From Entomortierella parvispora E1425 (Eukaryota > Fungi > Mortierellomycota): a stretch of DNA of 64,000 nt. The first letter of the stretch is position 1, and each line of letters starts with the position of its first letter. The stretch spans positions 558,001 to 622,000 of the forward strand of contig BQFW01000008.1 in the NCBI GenBank assembly GCA_020891255.1. Reading direction: 5' to 3'. Both the position numbers and the translations under genes were made by a program. The notes under the pieces were generated by a model, which had not been told where the DNA came from, searched no databases, and saw nothing but the letters and a program-made list of their open reading frames with translations. Shown here in pieces: positions 24,785-37,653 of the stretch.

Positions 24785-26633
24785 TTGCTTTGCGGTTCAG
24801 TTCTGATATCTGGCTCAGTCCATGGTAAGAGAGAAGAGGACTCTGTTCTCCTCCGCACCCCCCCCCCGCCTCTTGCCCTGTTTCCTCACTTTCTCACTTT
24901 CTCTCGGTCGCAGCAAAACACGAAAGACACGACCGCAGGGACACCGACGCGTGCCGAATTCGCGCCTTTGCCAATTTCAATTTTGAGGAGGCATTTTTAG
25001 GGGAGGGCGAAAAATTCATTTTGGACCGAGTGCGGTGATTTCATGAGACGCGTCGGGTCATGTGATAGCGATCGGACGAATGTGTTAAGGGTATCGTCTG
25101 ACTGGCTGGGCTGTACCCTTAACGCCTGCAGTTGATTGAAAACGTTGTCTGAGAATGGTCCCTCTGACCCCTGCATGTCGACAAGAAACCAGCGGTGCGC
25201 GCAAAGCACAAAACGCAAAAGAAAACTGCAAGCCAGCGTGAGAAGTGTTTATATAGACGCCATATGTTCATATGAAAACCAAGCATCACGATGTCGTTGG
25301 CTCTACGTAGGACCACCTCCCTCGTGCTCGCTAGATGACTACCAGATCCAGCTTTTTCGATATCCAGAGAAACTTTGAGAAGGGGAAGGCAATGCACGCA
25401 AGGGTGGCAACCTTCTTTTCCTGATGGTCTCTTTCCCTTGGTTTCTGCTCCACAGCAGCTGACGAACCTGCAGGGTGCTCCAGCAACAACAGCAGAGACC
25501 AGCAAGAAATGGGAAAAAGTGTCATGCCATGAGGATATCACCGCTCAAGAGCGCTTCTTTTATTTTGTCAGTCCGTCATGAGAGCAAACGCTGTTGAGCA
25601 GCACTTCAAAGACGAGAATGATCAAAACGAAAAAGAGTGAGGAAAAAGAATAAGGAAAAAAAATGAGAGCGTCGTCCCTCCCTACTATCTCTAGGCCTCA
25701 TCCGGAGTCTTTTTCTCCGTCTCGCACTTTATATTCTCAAGAGCTTTTTCAATATCATCGACCCTAGACTCTTTTATTTTTTTTAAAATGACGCAGAGCC
25801 TCTTCATGAAAAAGTCCAAGTGGGCAGGTTGGACCGATAATGAAATCGATGAGAAGAAGAGACAAGTGAGTGAGAAGTTGGAAACTGAAGAATCAAGAGA
25901 GAGGGGATCGGAGATTTGGGGCAGCAATTGCACGACGAGAGGGTGGAAAGCGCAGACTGATTTTCGATCTAAATTGCACCGAAGGGCTGGGCCTTTTTGG
26001 AGCTATTGTGGCACCCAACCCGTGCCAAGTTCATTTTATTTGCACATGGCACAAGAAGAACAATAACAACAACACAAAACAACAGTAACCGGAACGTTGG
26101 CATCGTCGTTCTTGACCCTTTCTCTATATCAATGAGATAGTCAAGGTCTTGGGAGTGCTCTCTTTGCCTGGCGGAATGCCACGAGGAGAGAGGGAGAGAG
26201 TAAAAGAGAGAAGAGCAGACAGTGAGAGACGAGATGAGACGGGCTGGTCCTTCCTTCTTTTCTCTCTCCCGCTCCACTCTTACTCCACCACCACTGCCTT
26301 GACCACGCCTCGATCCAAAGACCGAAAGGAAGAGATGAACTAAACTTTGACTCTGCAAACTCCACCTACCCAGTTGATAATGCGGCTCTTCGCATAGAGT
26401 TTAGACGCTTCTTTTGTTTTTTTTCGTTCTCCACTTGTCGAGTCGACTGCCAATTTAATATATTTTTAGGGTCCTACTGGTCCATCGCTTCGTGTTTGGC
26501 ACAACCCTCATGGGCAACATTGATGAGGAGAGAAAGAGAGAGACAGGAAGGGGAATGACAAAGCGTTGCATTTATTATCTTTTTTAATGTATGAACGAGG
26601 GAATATATAAGGAGGCAGTGGATGATCGATTAC

Positions 26634-27608
26634 TTAATACCTGTAATCATCATTTTGTTGCTGCATGGGTCTTCCGAATGGCGACTGCGTTCCTGAAGAC
26701 GATGAGGGCATGGGTTGTTGGTTCGGGTGGGGAACTCTTGGGCTACGGCCTCCCATCGATGGCGTCATGGCAGGGGCCATCGTTGGCGAGAGGGGGCCTG
26801 AGGTATAAGAGGGAGCCGAGGTCATTTGCGAAGGAGGATAGGGCGACATGGGAGGCTTGTCTTTGTGGGGGTTAAACATCTCGTATTCATCCATGACCTT
26901 GCGCTGCTGCTGTTCCACATAACGCTTTCGCTCGGCCACACTGCTGGGACCATACTTTTGACCACTCGTGTCCGAAAGCTCATACTCGACCAAGCCAGGG
27001 GTCCGATCACCATAGTAAGGGTGGTTGCGAGCATCCCCATCACTCTTGTAACGCGGGTGACCCGTCTGGTCCAAATCACCATCATCCTCCACATAGACAC
27101 TTGGAGGCTTACGGATCGTGAACGATTTCGCCAACTTGGCCTTATCTCCCCGGGCCTCCTCCTCGCCCCCACTGAGATTTCCATTTCCATTGCTGACGCC
27201 CGTCTGGTTGTGCTTGGTGCGACTCCTAGTCTGGTGCGAGTTCAGGGTCGAGGTGCGGGAGTGGGATCGATAGCGCTGGATGAGCAGACCTGCAATAGCC
27301 AGCACGGCAACGCCTGCCACCGTAATACCGATGATCATTCCCAGGTTGGATGTGCTGCCAGAGCTGGATCCACCTGCGTTATAGTTGGGGTCGTTGGGAC
27401 CTGTGCCCGCAGGCATGCTGGGGTAGATGTATGGGCCGCCCGAAGGCAGGTTGAAGACAGGTGAGCCGCTTCCTGTGGGCTGACTTTGTCCTCCGTAGCC
27501 TGGAATATTGAAAACGGGCCCGGTGGTTGTGGTCTGGGCAGGAGCAGGAGCACTAGTGGTTGCAGCCGTAGTGGCTGTTGCTGCCTTTGTCTGTGTTGCG
27601 GTGGGCAT
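26634..27608 (-). CDS. Single-pass membrane protein, 324 aa: T/A/P-rich N-terminus, one TM segment, S/P/Y-rich cytosolic tail
   Basis: ATG at 27608 (MPTATQTK) follows a pyrimidine-rich leader. TM segment LGMIIGITVAGVAVLAIAGLLI is followed by the basic RYRSHSR. The upstream part of the 545-aa ORF is microsatellite-derived and unlikely to be coding. Confidence 0.8.
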   Translation of the reverse strand: MPTATQTKAATATTAATTSAPAPAQTTTTGPVFNIPGYGGQSQPTGSGSPVFNLPSGGPYIYPSMPAGTGPNDPNYNAGGSSSGSTSNLGMIIGITVAGVAVLAIAGLLIQRYRSHSRTSTLNSHQTRSRTKHNQTGVSNGNGNLSGGEEEARGDKAKLAKSFTIRKPPSVYVEDDGDLDQTGHPRYKSDGDARNHPYYGDRTPGLVEYELSDTSGQKYGPSSVAERKRYVEQQQRKVMDEYEMFNPHKDKPPMSPYPPSQMTSAPSYTSGPLSPTMAPAMTPSMGGRSPRVPHPNQQPMPSSSSGTQSPFGRPMQQQNDDYRY

Positions 27609-27931
27609 TATGTACGAGTGCAGGGGTGAAAGAGGGCAATGGAGGTGGTGGTGACAGGAAGGGGACGATGAGTAAAGAGAATCTCGGAGGAGGGTGACGA
27701 TGAGACAGAAGACGAACGGAGAAAGGAGGGAAGGGGGGAGAGGGGGGTGATGGAGGGGCGAATGAATGAAGTCAGGGATGGATGTGTAGGGGTGATGTGA
27801 TGACAGGAAGGTGGCACGAAGGGAAAGAGAAAGGGAGCGAGGGCAGAAGCGACAGAAGAGCGAGAAGAGAGAGCACGAGCAAGACGAGACGAGACGAGAC
27901 AAGGAGAGGGGGGCGCACACACCGACCGACC

Positions 27932-27971
27932 GACAGACAGACAGGCAGACAGACAGACAGACAGACAGACA
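27932..27971. repeat. (GACA)10 microsatellite with one GGCA variant unit
   Basis: Read directly; lies upstream of the 27608 ATG. Confidence 0.9.
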
Positions 27972-28328
27972 CTCAGACAGGGGCAGGGCACACAGTTGCA
28001 GTGGTCCCAACGGCCCGCCCGCTCTCCTCCCTTCACTTTGAAGGAAAATGTGATCGTGCAAAACAACAGTTACACCAATGACGAGAGCCTTCTTGCTTTT
28101 TGGCGCTTTGCGCTGTTGGCTGCACTCGCTTCTCTCTCCCTGAGTAGCTGAGTGCCCTCGTGGGGCAGACACGCTCTGCTCTGTGCCCTTGTGCACACAA
28201 CACACGCACAAGCATTCATTTCCTCCGAAAAAGCCTTCCTTCCTTGTTAGAGGCCTCCAGTCATGCCCCACAGTGCTTATTTGGGAATGTGGTATTTCGG
28301 GTTGCGGTATCGCTCTTTTCTTTTATTG

Positions 28329-30748
28329 TCAAGTGCCTTCAGGTCCCTGCTCGGGACGGTCCTGGAGTTCTCTTGAGACCACCCTTCGTTCGGACTCGTC
28401 ACCTTCAATAGCTGCGTCCATCTCGCCTTCACCATCACTCGAAACCACAGGGGTTGCAGCAGGGGGCGGCGCAGAGGTCTTCAGTTCTGGGTATAGGGCC
28501 TCAAAGCGGTCAAGCTCCTTACGAAGGGCCGCCCGTTCGGCATGTAGCGTTCTACATAGCTGCTCTAGTTTTATCCGCTTCTTGCTCGCTTCTTCCAATG
28601 CCCGCTGATGGTTGGTACGCTAGAAAATAAAAAAGTGTTGTAGCAAAAGTAAGACGACAGCCAATGATCTCGTGTCAGATATATCTCCACCACTGTCATG
28701 TTCCATATGCATCATTGTGTAGCGTAATTTACCTCTTCTGCCATCTCGAGGATGTTGCGGTTCATGGTGTCACACTTTGTTCGGATAGCCAGATTGACCC
28801 TTTCCAGGCTGTTGCCTTTCTTGGACATGGCCTCCATCTCCTTGCGAAAGGTCTGGAACAGAGAGTTACTCTTGTTCAATGTCTCCTCCACTTGCATGAA
28901 CTTGTCCACATACACGTTCAATTGCTTCCGAAGTTCGGCCTCTGTATTCGAAAATGCATTCAGCTGAGACTTGAGAAGCTCCACTTTAGCCGACTCTTGT
29001 TGAGCGACCTGTCGTTGCTGCTCCAGCTTCGCCTGCGCCAGCTGAAGTTCCAGGTCCTTGGATCGCACTACAGAATTGAAGTGCTTCTCCCGAACCTCAT
29101 ATTGCTCCAGAAATCCCTGGAATTTTTCGTGCAGTCTATCAGAGCGTATCAAAAAAAAAAAAAAAAAAAAAATCAGTACATGATGGCAACCAATGTATCG
29201 GACCAGATCTCATATACATGTCAACTATCCCTTACAATGTGTCATTCGCATCCATCCGCCGTTGTTTCTCTGCTATTTCAGTTTCGACCTTGTCCTTAAA
29301 CTCTACAATCGCCTTCTCAAACGTGCCCGAGATATGGTCTGTTCTTTGCAAAACGTCTTCCTTGATCCTCTTGTTGTCGCTATACATTTGTCGACAGAGT
29401 CCCTCTAGTTTTCCACACAATAAATCGGTTTTGGTCGTCCGTAAAGTGCCTAGAAAGCAGTATGCGGAGCAAAATATTTGAGTTTAGTTTAGATGAGGGG
29501 GGCCCCAAGGCACGCTGCAAACCTGACGTCCATCCCCCTGACTAATGCCCTTTCTCCGCAAGTCAACTGAACTTACTGGATTGCTGATCCTCCAGTAACT
29601 GATTTCTCTCTACAGTCAGAGCCTCGTTTGCTTGTTGAAGTCGATCCTTCTCCCGTTGTACCATGTCTTTCTCGCGTTGAAGCAGCTCAGACTTCTTCTT
29701 CAGCTTCAGGTGGTCCCGTTCCTGCTTTCGCATATCCTGGAACTATTATAGAGTGAAAAACAATGATTAGATTGACGATCAAAATAGGACATGACCTGTC
29801 CATTTTTTGAGCTCTTGTTTTTTTTGTTGTTGTTGTTGTTTTCGAATGAGGATACATTACCATTTCCAAATACTTTCGTTGCATAAAACTGATTTTCCCT
29901 TGGTGATCGTCCTGACCATTGCCTACTTGAGCCAATTCCTTGTGCATCTTTTTCATGACCTTGGCTATTATCAATTAAAAAGAAATGATGGCGTGTAATC
30001 GTCGAATTTAGAATCAACACATCTCAGGTCAACTCAAGCCTCGGTTGCTGGAGAATGAAGCCCGGTTCTTACCTATCACTTTCTCCTCGTCATCCTCTTT
30101 TGATGATGCAGACTCAAGCTGGGAGATTTTCATCTGGATCAACTCGTTCACATCCAGTTGACTGAGCACTCTCTTTGATCTCTTTGGGGATGATCCATTC
30201 TGACCTGCCGCTGCCGCTCCTCCGGTCGCCGCTGGTGACAACAAGGTATCCTCCTCTCCACTGTACGGGACAGACGGTGACATGTCGAAAGATATTGATC
30301 CCATTGCTCCTCGATTGCCTTCTGCTCCGTTCTGTTGTTGTTGTGGCTGATGCTGTGGGTGTTGTTGAATGATGGCCAGAGCTTCTTCATAGCAAGTTCT
30401 CCTAAACGTCTCAAATGTGACATCTAACTCGTGAAAGTCGTCTTCGTGGCTAAGATGGTCTTTAGGCTGCAGAGGATGATCTGATCTCTGGTCTCCTAGA
30501 GTCAACAAGGTCTCGATCCGATCATTGATAGAGGATAATGATCGTCGACGGCGTTCTCCGTTATGGCTAATATTGCTATTACTATGACCATTGCCCAAGC
30601 CGGTAGCAGTGCTGCCGGTGGGCGGTGGTATTGACTCTGCAGAGGAAATGGACTTTGAAGGCGACTGTTGCTGCTGCTGCTGCTGCTGTTTCTGGTGGTG
30701 GCTGTGGCTCTTGGAGTTCTTTTGTGATGTTGTGAATCGAGTGGACAT
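28329..30748 (-). CDS. Taxilin-family coiled-coil protein, 617 aa
   Basis: Exons 30748-30073, 29964-29861, 29742-29577, 29449-29236, 29135-28733, 28619-28329 (1854 nt, in frame). Motifs KLEGLCRQM, FLEQYEVREKHF, YVDKFMQVEETLNKSNSLFQTFRKEMEAMSKK, KLEQLCRTL. Confidence 0.9.
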
Positions 30749-31541
30749 CAAGAAACGTAAAGACGCTCTCTTACACGCAGAAGAAGCGCCAATCGCCTGG
30801 GTAGTTTAGAGAGGAAATAAGTGATGGAGGAGAACGGTAATGGCAGTATAATGCCGAGATGTAGAATGTCGATAAACGTTTCCGCCGAAAATAAAAGCGG
30901 AGAGGTTGGAAACGCGAAAGCTGGAAATGGGACTAAGCAGGGGGGGGGGGGGGTAGTTGGTAATGGTACAGTGAAAGTAATAAGCAGGAAAGAGCAAGAG
31001 AGACTGAATGTAGCAGAGAATGGAAAATGAAAGAGAGAAAGCAAATGCATCGAGTGCATGCGCAGAAGGAACGCCTCTGTTTCCAACCCAGCGTCTCTTA
31101 GGAGAGAAAGCCACATTTGCAGAGCGAGAAAGCCCTTTTTTTTAGTATTCGATTTTTTTTTATTGCGCCTTTTCAGGTCCCTTGGCACACCCTCCCCGTC
31201 CCTCGAACTTGTCCAGCAGTGTCTTTAACAAGGCCAATGCTTACACTCACAGGAGAAAACAAGAACGCACACACGATATAATAAAGAAAACACTTTACAG
31301 AGGAAAGAGCAAAAAAAAAAGGGGGAGAAACAGATAACTGCTTGACAACAGGACAAAAAAAACAGGAAACAGGGAAGAGAGAGAGAGACGAGAGAGAGAG
31401 ATTGGGTTGAGCTTTTTTGATTCACTGGAAGCCCAACGTACCACAGGGGCAACGTGAGGGCGAGGAGCCACCGTGACAGAACAGAGACTGAGGTGGTCGT
31501 CCTCCAGGCACGCCTTCGGTTTTTGTACGTTTGTCCTGTTC

Positions 31542-33916
31542 CTAATCCAACGAGATACGGGTCGCACTTGGTGGAACCGGTACAAAGTTATGGATATCGA
31601 TTCCACGAGAGGCCAACTCAGCTTCACAATGACGAGGCACCAACATGGGGATCAAATCAGGGCGGATCGAGAGTTCTAAGGAAATACAAAGATGCGGTTG
31701 AGTTAATTTCGCGTCACGGACGTTTTTCATGGCATATCCAGCTTATGCATGGAGAGCTGGGAGTGCATGCAGAGAGGTCGTACCGAGAGGCGTAAAGTTG
31801 AAGAGAGGTGGGAGATCCTTGCCATTGGGCAATCTCGTCTCTGGGTTCCTGAGCTCGTCAAAGAAGGGGTGGATCATGGCCTCGATGGGTGTGAAACGTC
31901 TGGATGGCGTGTATTCCAAAAGACGGGCAATCAACTCCAATGCCTCTGGAGGAGTCCTGGACCGGAAGATTTTGTTGAAGGGATGGGGTTTGATTTGGGG
32001 GAACTTGTGCTCCATGTAATTGGGGTTCATCGTCTTGATCTGCTCCCGCGTAGGTGTTCCAAGCACTTTGATAATCTCCACAAGCTGATCAATGCCACTC
32101 TCGCCAGGGAACAAGGGCTGTCCAAGCATCAACTCGGCCATAACACATCCAGTCGACCAAACATCTATTTCGAATGATTAAATAAGCCACACTGTTAATA
32201 TCACTTGCTCTCTCCATAGTGCAAAATACCAAGGTCCTGCGAGGCTGCCAGGAAGGGGACTCACCGATGTTGGTAGTGTAGTTGGTGGCACCGAAAATCA
32301 GCTCGGGTGCTCGGTAGTAGCGTGAGCAGATGTACGACACATTCGGCTCTCCGGCGACCAAAATCTTGGCACTATCCGCAACAAGCGCAATGGAAGGCAG
32401 ATGATCGTTTTGTTTGGTGGTTAGTAAATGCGGAGATCGAAACTCTCTGGACGTGGTCCTTGGGTGGTCAAGGGACGGACAATGAAGGCCTGGTGACACA
32501 ACGCACACACGGGCGTGGCTGCATGAACATTTGGGAATAGAAGGAAAGCCTGTTCCCGTTTGCCTCTCTCCTCTCCCCTCCTCCTCCCCCTTCTTCTCCA
32601 ACCAATATCTCCACCTCACAATGCAGCGAGAGAGGGGTTCGAAAAAAAAAAAAGAAAGATCAAAAAAATTGATTTTTCCATCGCGCGCGACCTGTCTTTC
32701 GCTCTCGTCCACTCCCTGCCTTCTCCTAAACAACTTCAATCCCAGCCAGATCATGTGGCACCACAAAAAAAATAAAGCAAGACACCAAAGTAATAGCGCG
32801 CAATGCACACGCACGCATTTACACACACAACTCACAAGACTACAACCCAGAACCCCAACAGCCAGCAATAACCCTCGTCCCATTTGTGCGAAGGCGTGAG
32901 TCTGCATTTCTGGGCGCGAAGGGCGGCGTTCTTTTCAAGTCCAGAGATCCATCCATCCACGGAAAGACAAGGCGCCTACTAGTAAATCTCACTCGGACCG
33001 TTCAACCTTACCTTCCAAAATCGCAGAGTTTCAAAATTCCAGTTGCGGGATTGAGGAGCAAGTTCTGGGGCTTGATATCACGATGGCAGATTCCGAGAGC
33101 ATGGATGTAGGCCAAGCTTCTGAACAATTGATACATGTACAACTTGATCTGGAGCATGGGCATCGTCTGCTTGATCTTGGAGTAGTGGCGAGATGCGCGA
33201 TAGACCGTCTCTGGGATATATTCGAGCACAAGGTTGAGGAAAACTTCATCCTTCTACAATACAGTCCAAACATAAAACGTCAGTATCACGGATGAGAGGA
33301 GAATGCGGACAGGGGCTATCAACTGTGGTTGTCCAATTTTGGTCGTATTCTCGTACCTTGTCTCCGTTGGAATAAAAGAAGGCCTTCAAATCCACAATGT
33401 TGGGATGGGAGACGAGTCTCATAATTTGAAGTTCACGGTTCTATCACAGATGCAAAAACCAAAGAGGAATTGTTCCGTTAGGACGCTCAGTTCAACAGTC
33501 CGCAATCATAGCGACGTCTGGGGTAAGGAAGACAAAGCGTTACCTTAAACCGCTTGTCTTGAAGGACCTTCTTGATAGCAGCATCCTCGTTGTTGCTGAC
33601 CAACTTTGCTTGGAAAACTACACCAAACGAACCATTGCCAATGACTTTGCAGTTGGTGTAGGCAAGCTCTTGAGGCTCTCCAGACTTGCCTTCGTTCGCC
33701 ATGACCTTGATAATTTTTGAAGGATCAGACTCGCCTGCAGGTAGAAGAGTTCCGGGGTAAAAGAGAAGCATGGACATGCATGGAAAAAAAAAGTGTGAGA
33801 AAATGCACATTTGTGCGCATCCGTCGAGGATTACCGTCATCACTTCCTCTTCTTCAGATGAGGATTTGCTCCTTACCACTGATCTTGACACCGTTGATGG
33901 GGGAAGCGGAAGCCAT
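31542..33916 (-). CDS. GSK3: Glycogen synthase kinase-3 (GSK3/Rim11/Skp1-type), 392 aa
   Basis: Exons 33916-33877, 33734-33544, 33440-33357, 33253-33012, 32371-32265, 32164-31784, 31675-31542. Motifs [51 protein letters not shown]. Confidence 0.97.
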
Positions 33917-36900
33917 GTTGGACGTAACTATTCTTGTGGTGGTGGTGTGGTGGTGTTGGTGTTGCGTGTAAGTGTGTGTTGATTGCTTGATAGATGGGTT
34001 CGGAGATTTGGGCCGCTTATCATTAACCAGTGAACAATGGTGCTGAAAAAAGACGACGACGACGGCGACGAAGAATAAAAAAGCGAGGAGAAAGATGAGC
34101 TTGAGAGGAGTAATCCAAAAGTGGATGCTAATTTTGTAAGAAGGACGGGTCAGATGGATTGTCAGGAGACAAGACGACGGAAAGGAGTCAGGGACGGGGA
34201 CAAAAGAAAGAAAAAATGGAGGGAAGAAAGGAAGGGGTCTTTTTCGAGAAGAACGAGAGCAAGAAAGACGGATGGGGGGGTGAGGAAGAAAGGATTGAGC
34301 AAGTGGCGATGTGGGGATGGATTTGGAAGAAAGAGATTAAAACGGTTTCGATGAGAAGAGCAGAGCGAAAGAAGAAGGAGAGAAGGACGGAGGGGGGAAG
34401 GCGACGGGAACGTGGGGTGTGAGTGAACGGGGGACAAGACAAGTCAGACAGAAAATGATGACGACAAGGAGCGGGCGGGCGGACACACAAAAGGAGGCCA
34501 GCAAAGGCCAGAAACGAGCAAGCTCGCGATGGGGCCTCCTCCAAGCCTTGCTTGTTATTTGCGCTGTTGTGCTTGTCCCCTCTCCTTCCTTCCGTCCATC
34601 CGTCCTTCTTTCCTTCTTGCCTTCCGTCGTCCAGACGCCATTCCGGCTGCTCTAGCTGCTCTGGCTGCTCTGGATGCTGTGCTCTCTCTCAGTCTCTCCC
34701 GGCCTCTCTCTTTCTCGCAACACACACTCGCCACTACACAGAAACGCGCTGGGCTCGCCCGTTCCCCCCTCGCTTGATTTAGTCTATCATCCTGCAATCG
34801 AACACGAGACTCAATTCCTTGTGCGCGCAATTTTATCTCTCAGCCTGCTTGTCGCCGCCTGCCCGCCTCGTCTTCTGCAGTCTCCTGGGTTGAATGGAGC
34901 ATGGGCAAGCGCGCACACGATGAGCAGTAATCCCCCGTCGCCCAAAAGTCCTAAAACTCCTCAAAAAAATGCAAGTCTCGTGGGCGCTTGCAGGAGGAGA
35001 AGGGCAGGAGGCAAATGAGCCTGGAAGCGAGGGAACAATTGTCGGTTTTGCTCAACAATTTATAATCGGATTGCGGATTTGGCTTCGGCCCTTTGTTCCG
35101 ATGCCCAGAAGAAAAGATCTGTAACTCTGGCTCACTCTTGTTCAGGATCAACTTTCCACGACGCGACTCCCCAATCCCAACAGGCAGGGGCAATGATCAA
35201 GATGGATTACCAAATAACAGGAAAAACCAAAAGCGGGGGAATGTGTACACCAAAGAGGAGAGGAACTTGACAGGGCAAGAATGAAGGAACGGAGGAATGA
35301 AAAGAAAGAACTTACTGCAAGCTGACAGATAAGGAAAAGAGGGGAAGAGGAGAGTGAGCGGATTAAAGTAAAGGATGGATGGGATGGAGATGGAGCAAGA
35401 GGGGACGAAGGAATGGATGAGATGGAATGTGATTTGCAGGAGAAGAAAAGAAAAGAAAAAAGTGACCCCGTGGCCACCTTCACTTCACACTCAGTCCGTC
35501 GCCTGTCCAAATCGCATGCAGTCAGCAAAGGACCCCTCGTCTGCGAACGCGAGGGGGCCCACCGCGCCGGATGCGCCTTGCTCCCGTTCAAGCAATGCAT
35601 GCTCTGTGGATCTCACTTGGCCAGGATGACAGACACTCGGCAGGACCTAACCTCAACTTGTAGCCGTCATGCTGCCGTTCCTCCCTGCTGCTGCAGCATG
35701 CACCCCTTCTCTCTTCTGATTCCTGTTCTGCCCCGAAGTGCGAAACGAAAGACCTTTCTTTCTTCCCGCCATCCCCGGACTTGTGTTGTTGGTGTTGGGC
35801 GGGGAATCGTGGCCAATCAGTGCTGCCTCAGTTCATTCATCTGGGCCGCTGGTCTTTCTGAAACTCAGCAACTGACCACTGTTGGCTGGGCAAACCTGAC
35901 CTAAATCCAACAGAGCGTCTGCAGGAAAAAGATATAGACACTCCCTGATAGGAGCAAGCACCTCGCCGTGCTCGGAGATCACCACTGGGGTCATGACGAT
36001 GTCGTGCATGCAGGCAAGGGGATGCAGACAGAGACAACGGTACCTTTGGAAGGAAAATAATAAACCGTAACTTTTCAACAGCACGCAAAGACCATCTGCA
36101 GCTATGCTTTTTGGAGATATGTCATCACCTTTCGTGGCTGTGCTTATGATTATTACGTTCAGGTTATTCCCCCACCCACACGGACTGCCTGACCTCCACA
36201 AACACCAAACACAGAAATGTTCTCACCTGACCAATGGTCGAAGTTTACGCGTAAACGCTGCTATTGCACTTTGGGTAAGAACTCTCTATCTTATCTTGAC
36301 TTCATATCTTTGATAACAGCAATTGACAGCGGTCAGATCCTTCTTTTTAATTCTGCTGCAATTGAATAAAGAGACAAAAGATTGTATATATCAGAGTATG
36401 CTTGGCTGCAGAGAATAAGCACTGCAACAATAGCCCTCTTCGCTGTTTCCAAAGTGCTGTGGATCCTTGCGTGAGTGCCGTGGTCAATAAACCGAACTAT
36501 CCTGAACTGAACGCCTCTCGTTAAAATGCCTCATCTACGTCAGCATGCTCTTTGTGCCTGGACACGATGCAGTCTGCAGATCTGCAGATCAACCTTGTGC
36601 CTGCTTTGCTTACATACCCGGTCCTTTACCTAGTCCTTCTCATTAACCGATGGTTTCTTATCATATATCTACCCAACTGCATAGAACCGCAAGTCTAGAG
36701 TCGTATCAACTTCTCTGTCATGTTTGATCTGTCGAAGCTGGAACTTTGGTCTTGATATACAGGTCAAGACCGTCGTAGTCTTGTTCTAATGCACAGAACG
36801 ACCCCATATAGAAAACCTGGCAGAAGTGAAGGAAACAGACAAACAAACAAGCAAAAAAAAAAAAAACGACATGGTCGTGGGTGCCTTTCCCCCCAACCAA

Positions 36901-36935
36901 CCAAAAAATACAGATACGGAAAACGCAAAAGTGAA

Positions 36936-37008
36936 TGCTCTCTGGCAGGTTCGAACTGTCGACCTTCAGATTATGAGACTGACGCTCTGCCAACTGAGCT
37001 AAGAAAGC
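36936..37008 (-). tRNA. tRNA-Met(CAT), elongator, copy 1
   Basis: 73-nt cloverleaf GCTTTCT...AGAGAGCA with anticodon loop CTCATAA and T-loop TTCGAAC. G1-C72 and T54 mark it as elongator. T-runs follow downstream. Confidence 0.97.
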
Positions 37009-37028
37009 TTTCAGGGTTGAAGTAATTG

Positions 37029-37637
37029 TGTCGTGAATCAGACTGCTTTTATCCCCGCCAGCTCCGCGTCTGATCACATGACTTACGATCACCTGACCGC
37101 CGACACGCCTGATGAATGGACCCTTGTTGCGCGCCCTCATTGCACTTGTGCCGCGCGTCATCGTCGTTGACTATCACCAGGTCGACTACCCTCAACCGTG
37201 TATACTCACGAACGGAGCATTTCATGTTTCTCCGACATTAACCTACCAACCGTTGCCAATCAAAAGCTTGTCTCCACGCCGGTCGACCAAGCTCTTTGAA
37301 ACCTCGGACGTTAGGGCCCCTATTCCAGAATAGTCATAAGCCCTTCACTATTTATTTCCATAGTGTCAGCAGTATAGTCTCACTTCACTACCTTCAGTAT
37401 ATAAGTAGCTCTGTATCGAGACTTAGAACGGCATCCTTTCTTTGCCCTTCCATCTCGATTACAGGTAACCCTCTTGAGAACCCTATCAGTAGTAACACAC
37501 AGAATATCTTATTAAACATATCCTTTCTTTTGCCCTTCCATCTCGATTACAGTCAAGGTAGCTGACTGTGGTGCCCAGTGTAGAAGAACACGCTCGACAC
37601 ACCCTAAGGATCAGTCGTGATACCGAGAGTCACGACA
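37029..37637 (+). repeat. 5' LTR (609 bp)
   Basis: TG...CA with 8-bp terminal inverted repeat; TATATAAG at 37398-37405. By eye identical to the 3' LTR except one extra T in the run ending at 37531. Confidence 0.97.
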
Positions 37638-37641
37638 AATT

Positions 37642-37653
37642 TGGTAGCAAAGG
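37642..37653 (+). promoter_or_regulatory. Primer-binding site TGGTAGCAAAGG, probably for initiator tRNA-Met
   Basis: Begins 4 nt after the 5' LTR. TGGTAGC is complementary to the ...GCUACCA 3' end of eukaryotic initiator tRNA-Met. It does not match the adjacent elongator tRNA, which would require TGGTGCTCTC. Confidence 0.75.

Noticed and set aside
25000-26400. Short ORFs, including signal-peptide-like MPTFRLLLFCVVVIV
   Set aside because: No consistent exon chain or recognisable motif; the hydrophobicity comes from a TTG/GTT repeat.
27609-28271. N-terminal 220 aa of the 545-aa ORF
   Set aside because: Derived from CT-rich and GACA microsatellite leader sequence (LSVCLSVC repeats); the ATG at 27608 is the better start.
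36573-36588. 16-bp perfect palindrome TCTGCAGATCTGCAGA
   Set aside because: About one palindrome of this length is expected by chance in 64 kb.
34100-36900. Many 60-160 aa ORFs upstream of GSK3
   Set aside because: Overlapping on both strands, low complexity and purine/pyrimidine-skewed like promoter or UTR sequence; no domain evidence.
36936-37008. A-C mismatch in the T-stem suggesting tRNA pseudogenes
   Set aside because: It is a single mismatch shared by both copies; the A and B boxes, anticodon arm and terminators are intact.
36936-37008. Adjacent tRNA-Met as the retrotransposon primer
   Set aside because: Its 3' end would require a PBS of TGGTGCTCTC; the observed PBS is TGGTAGCAAAGG (initiator type).
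36718-37161. 147-aa minus ORF (and its partner at 42140-42661) spanning LTR and tRNA
   Set aside because: Chance read-through of LTR antisense sequence and tRNA; the shared N-terminus simply reflects the LTR duplication.
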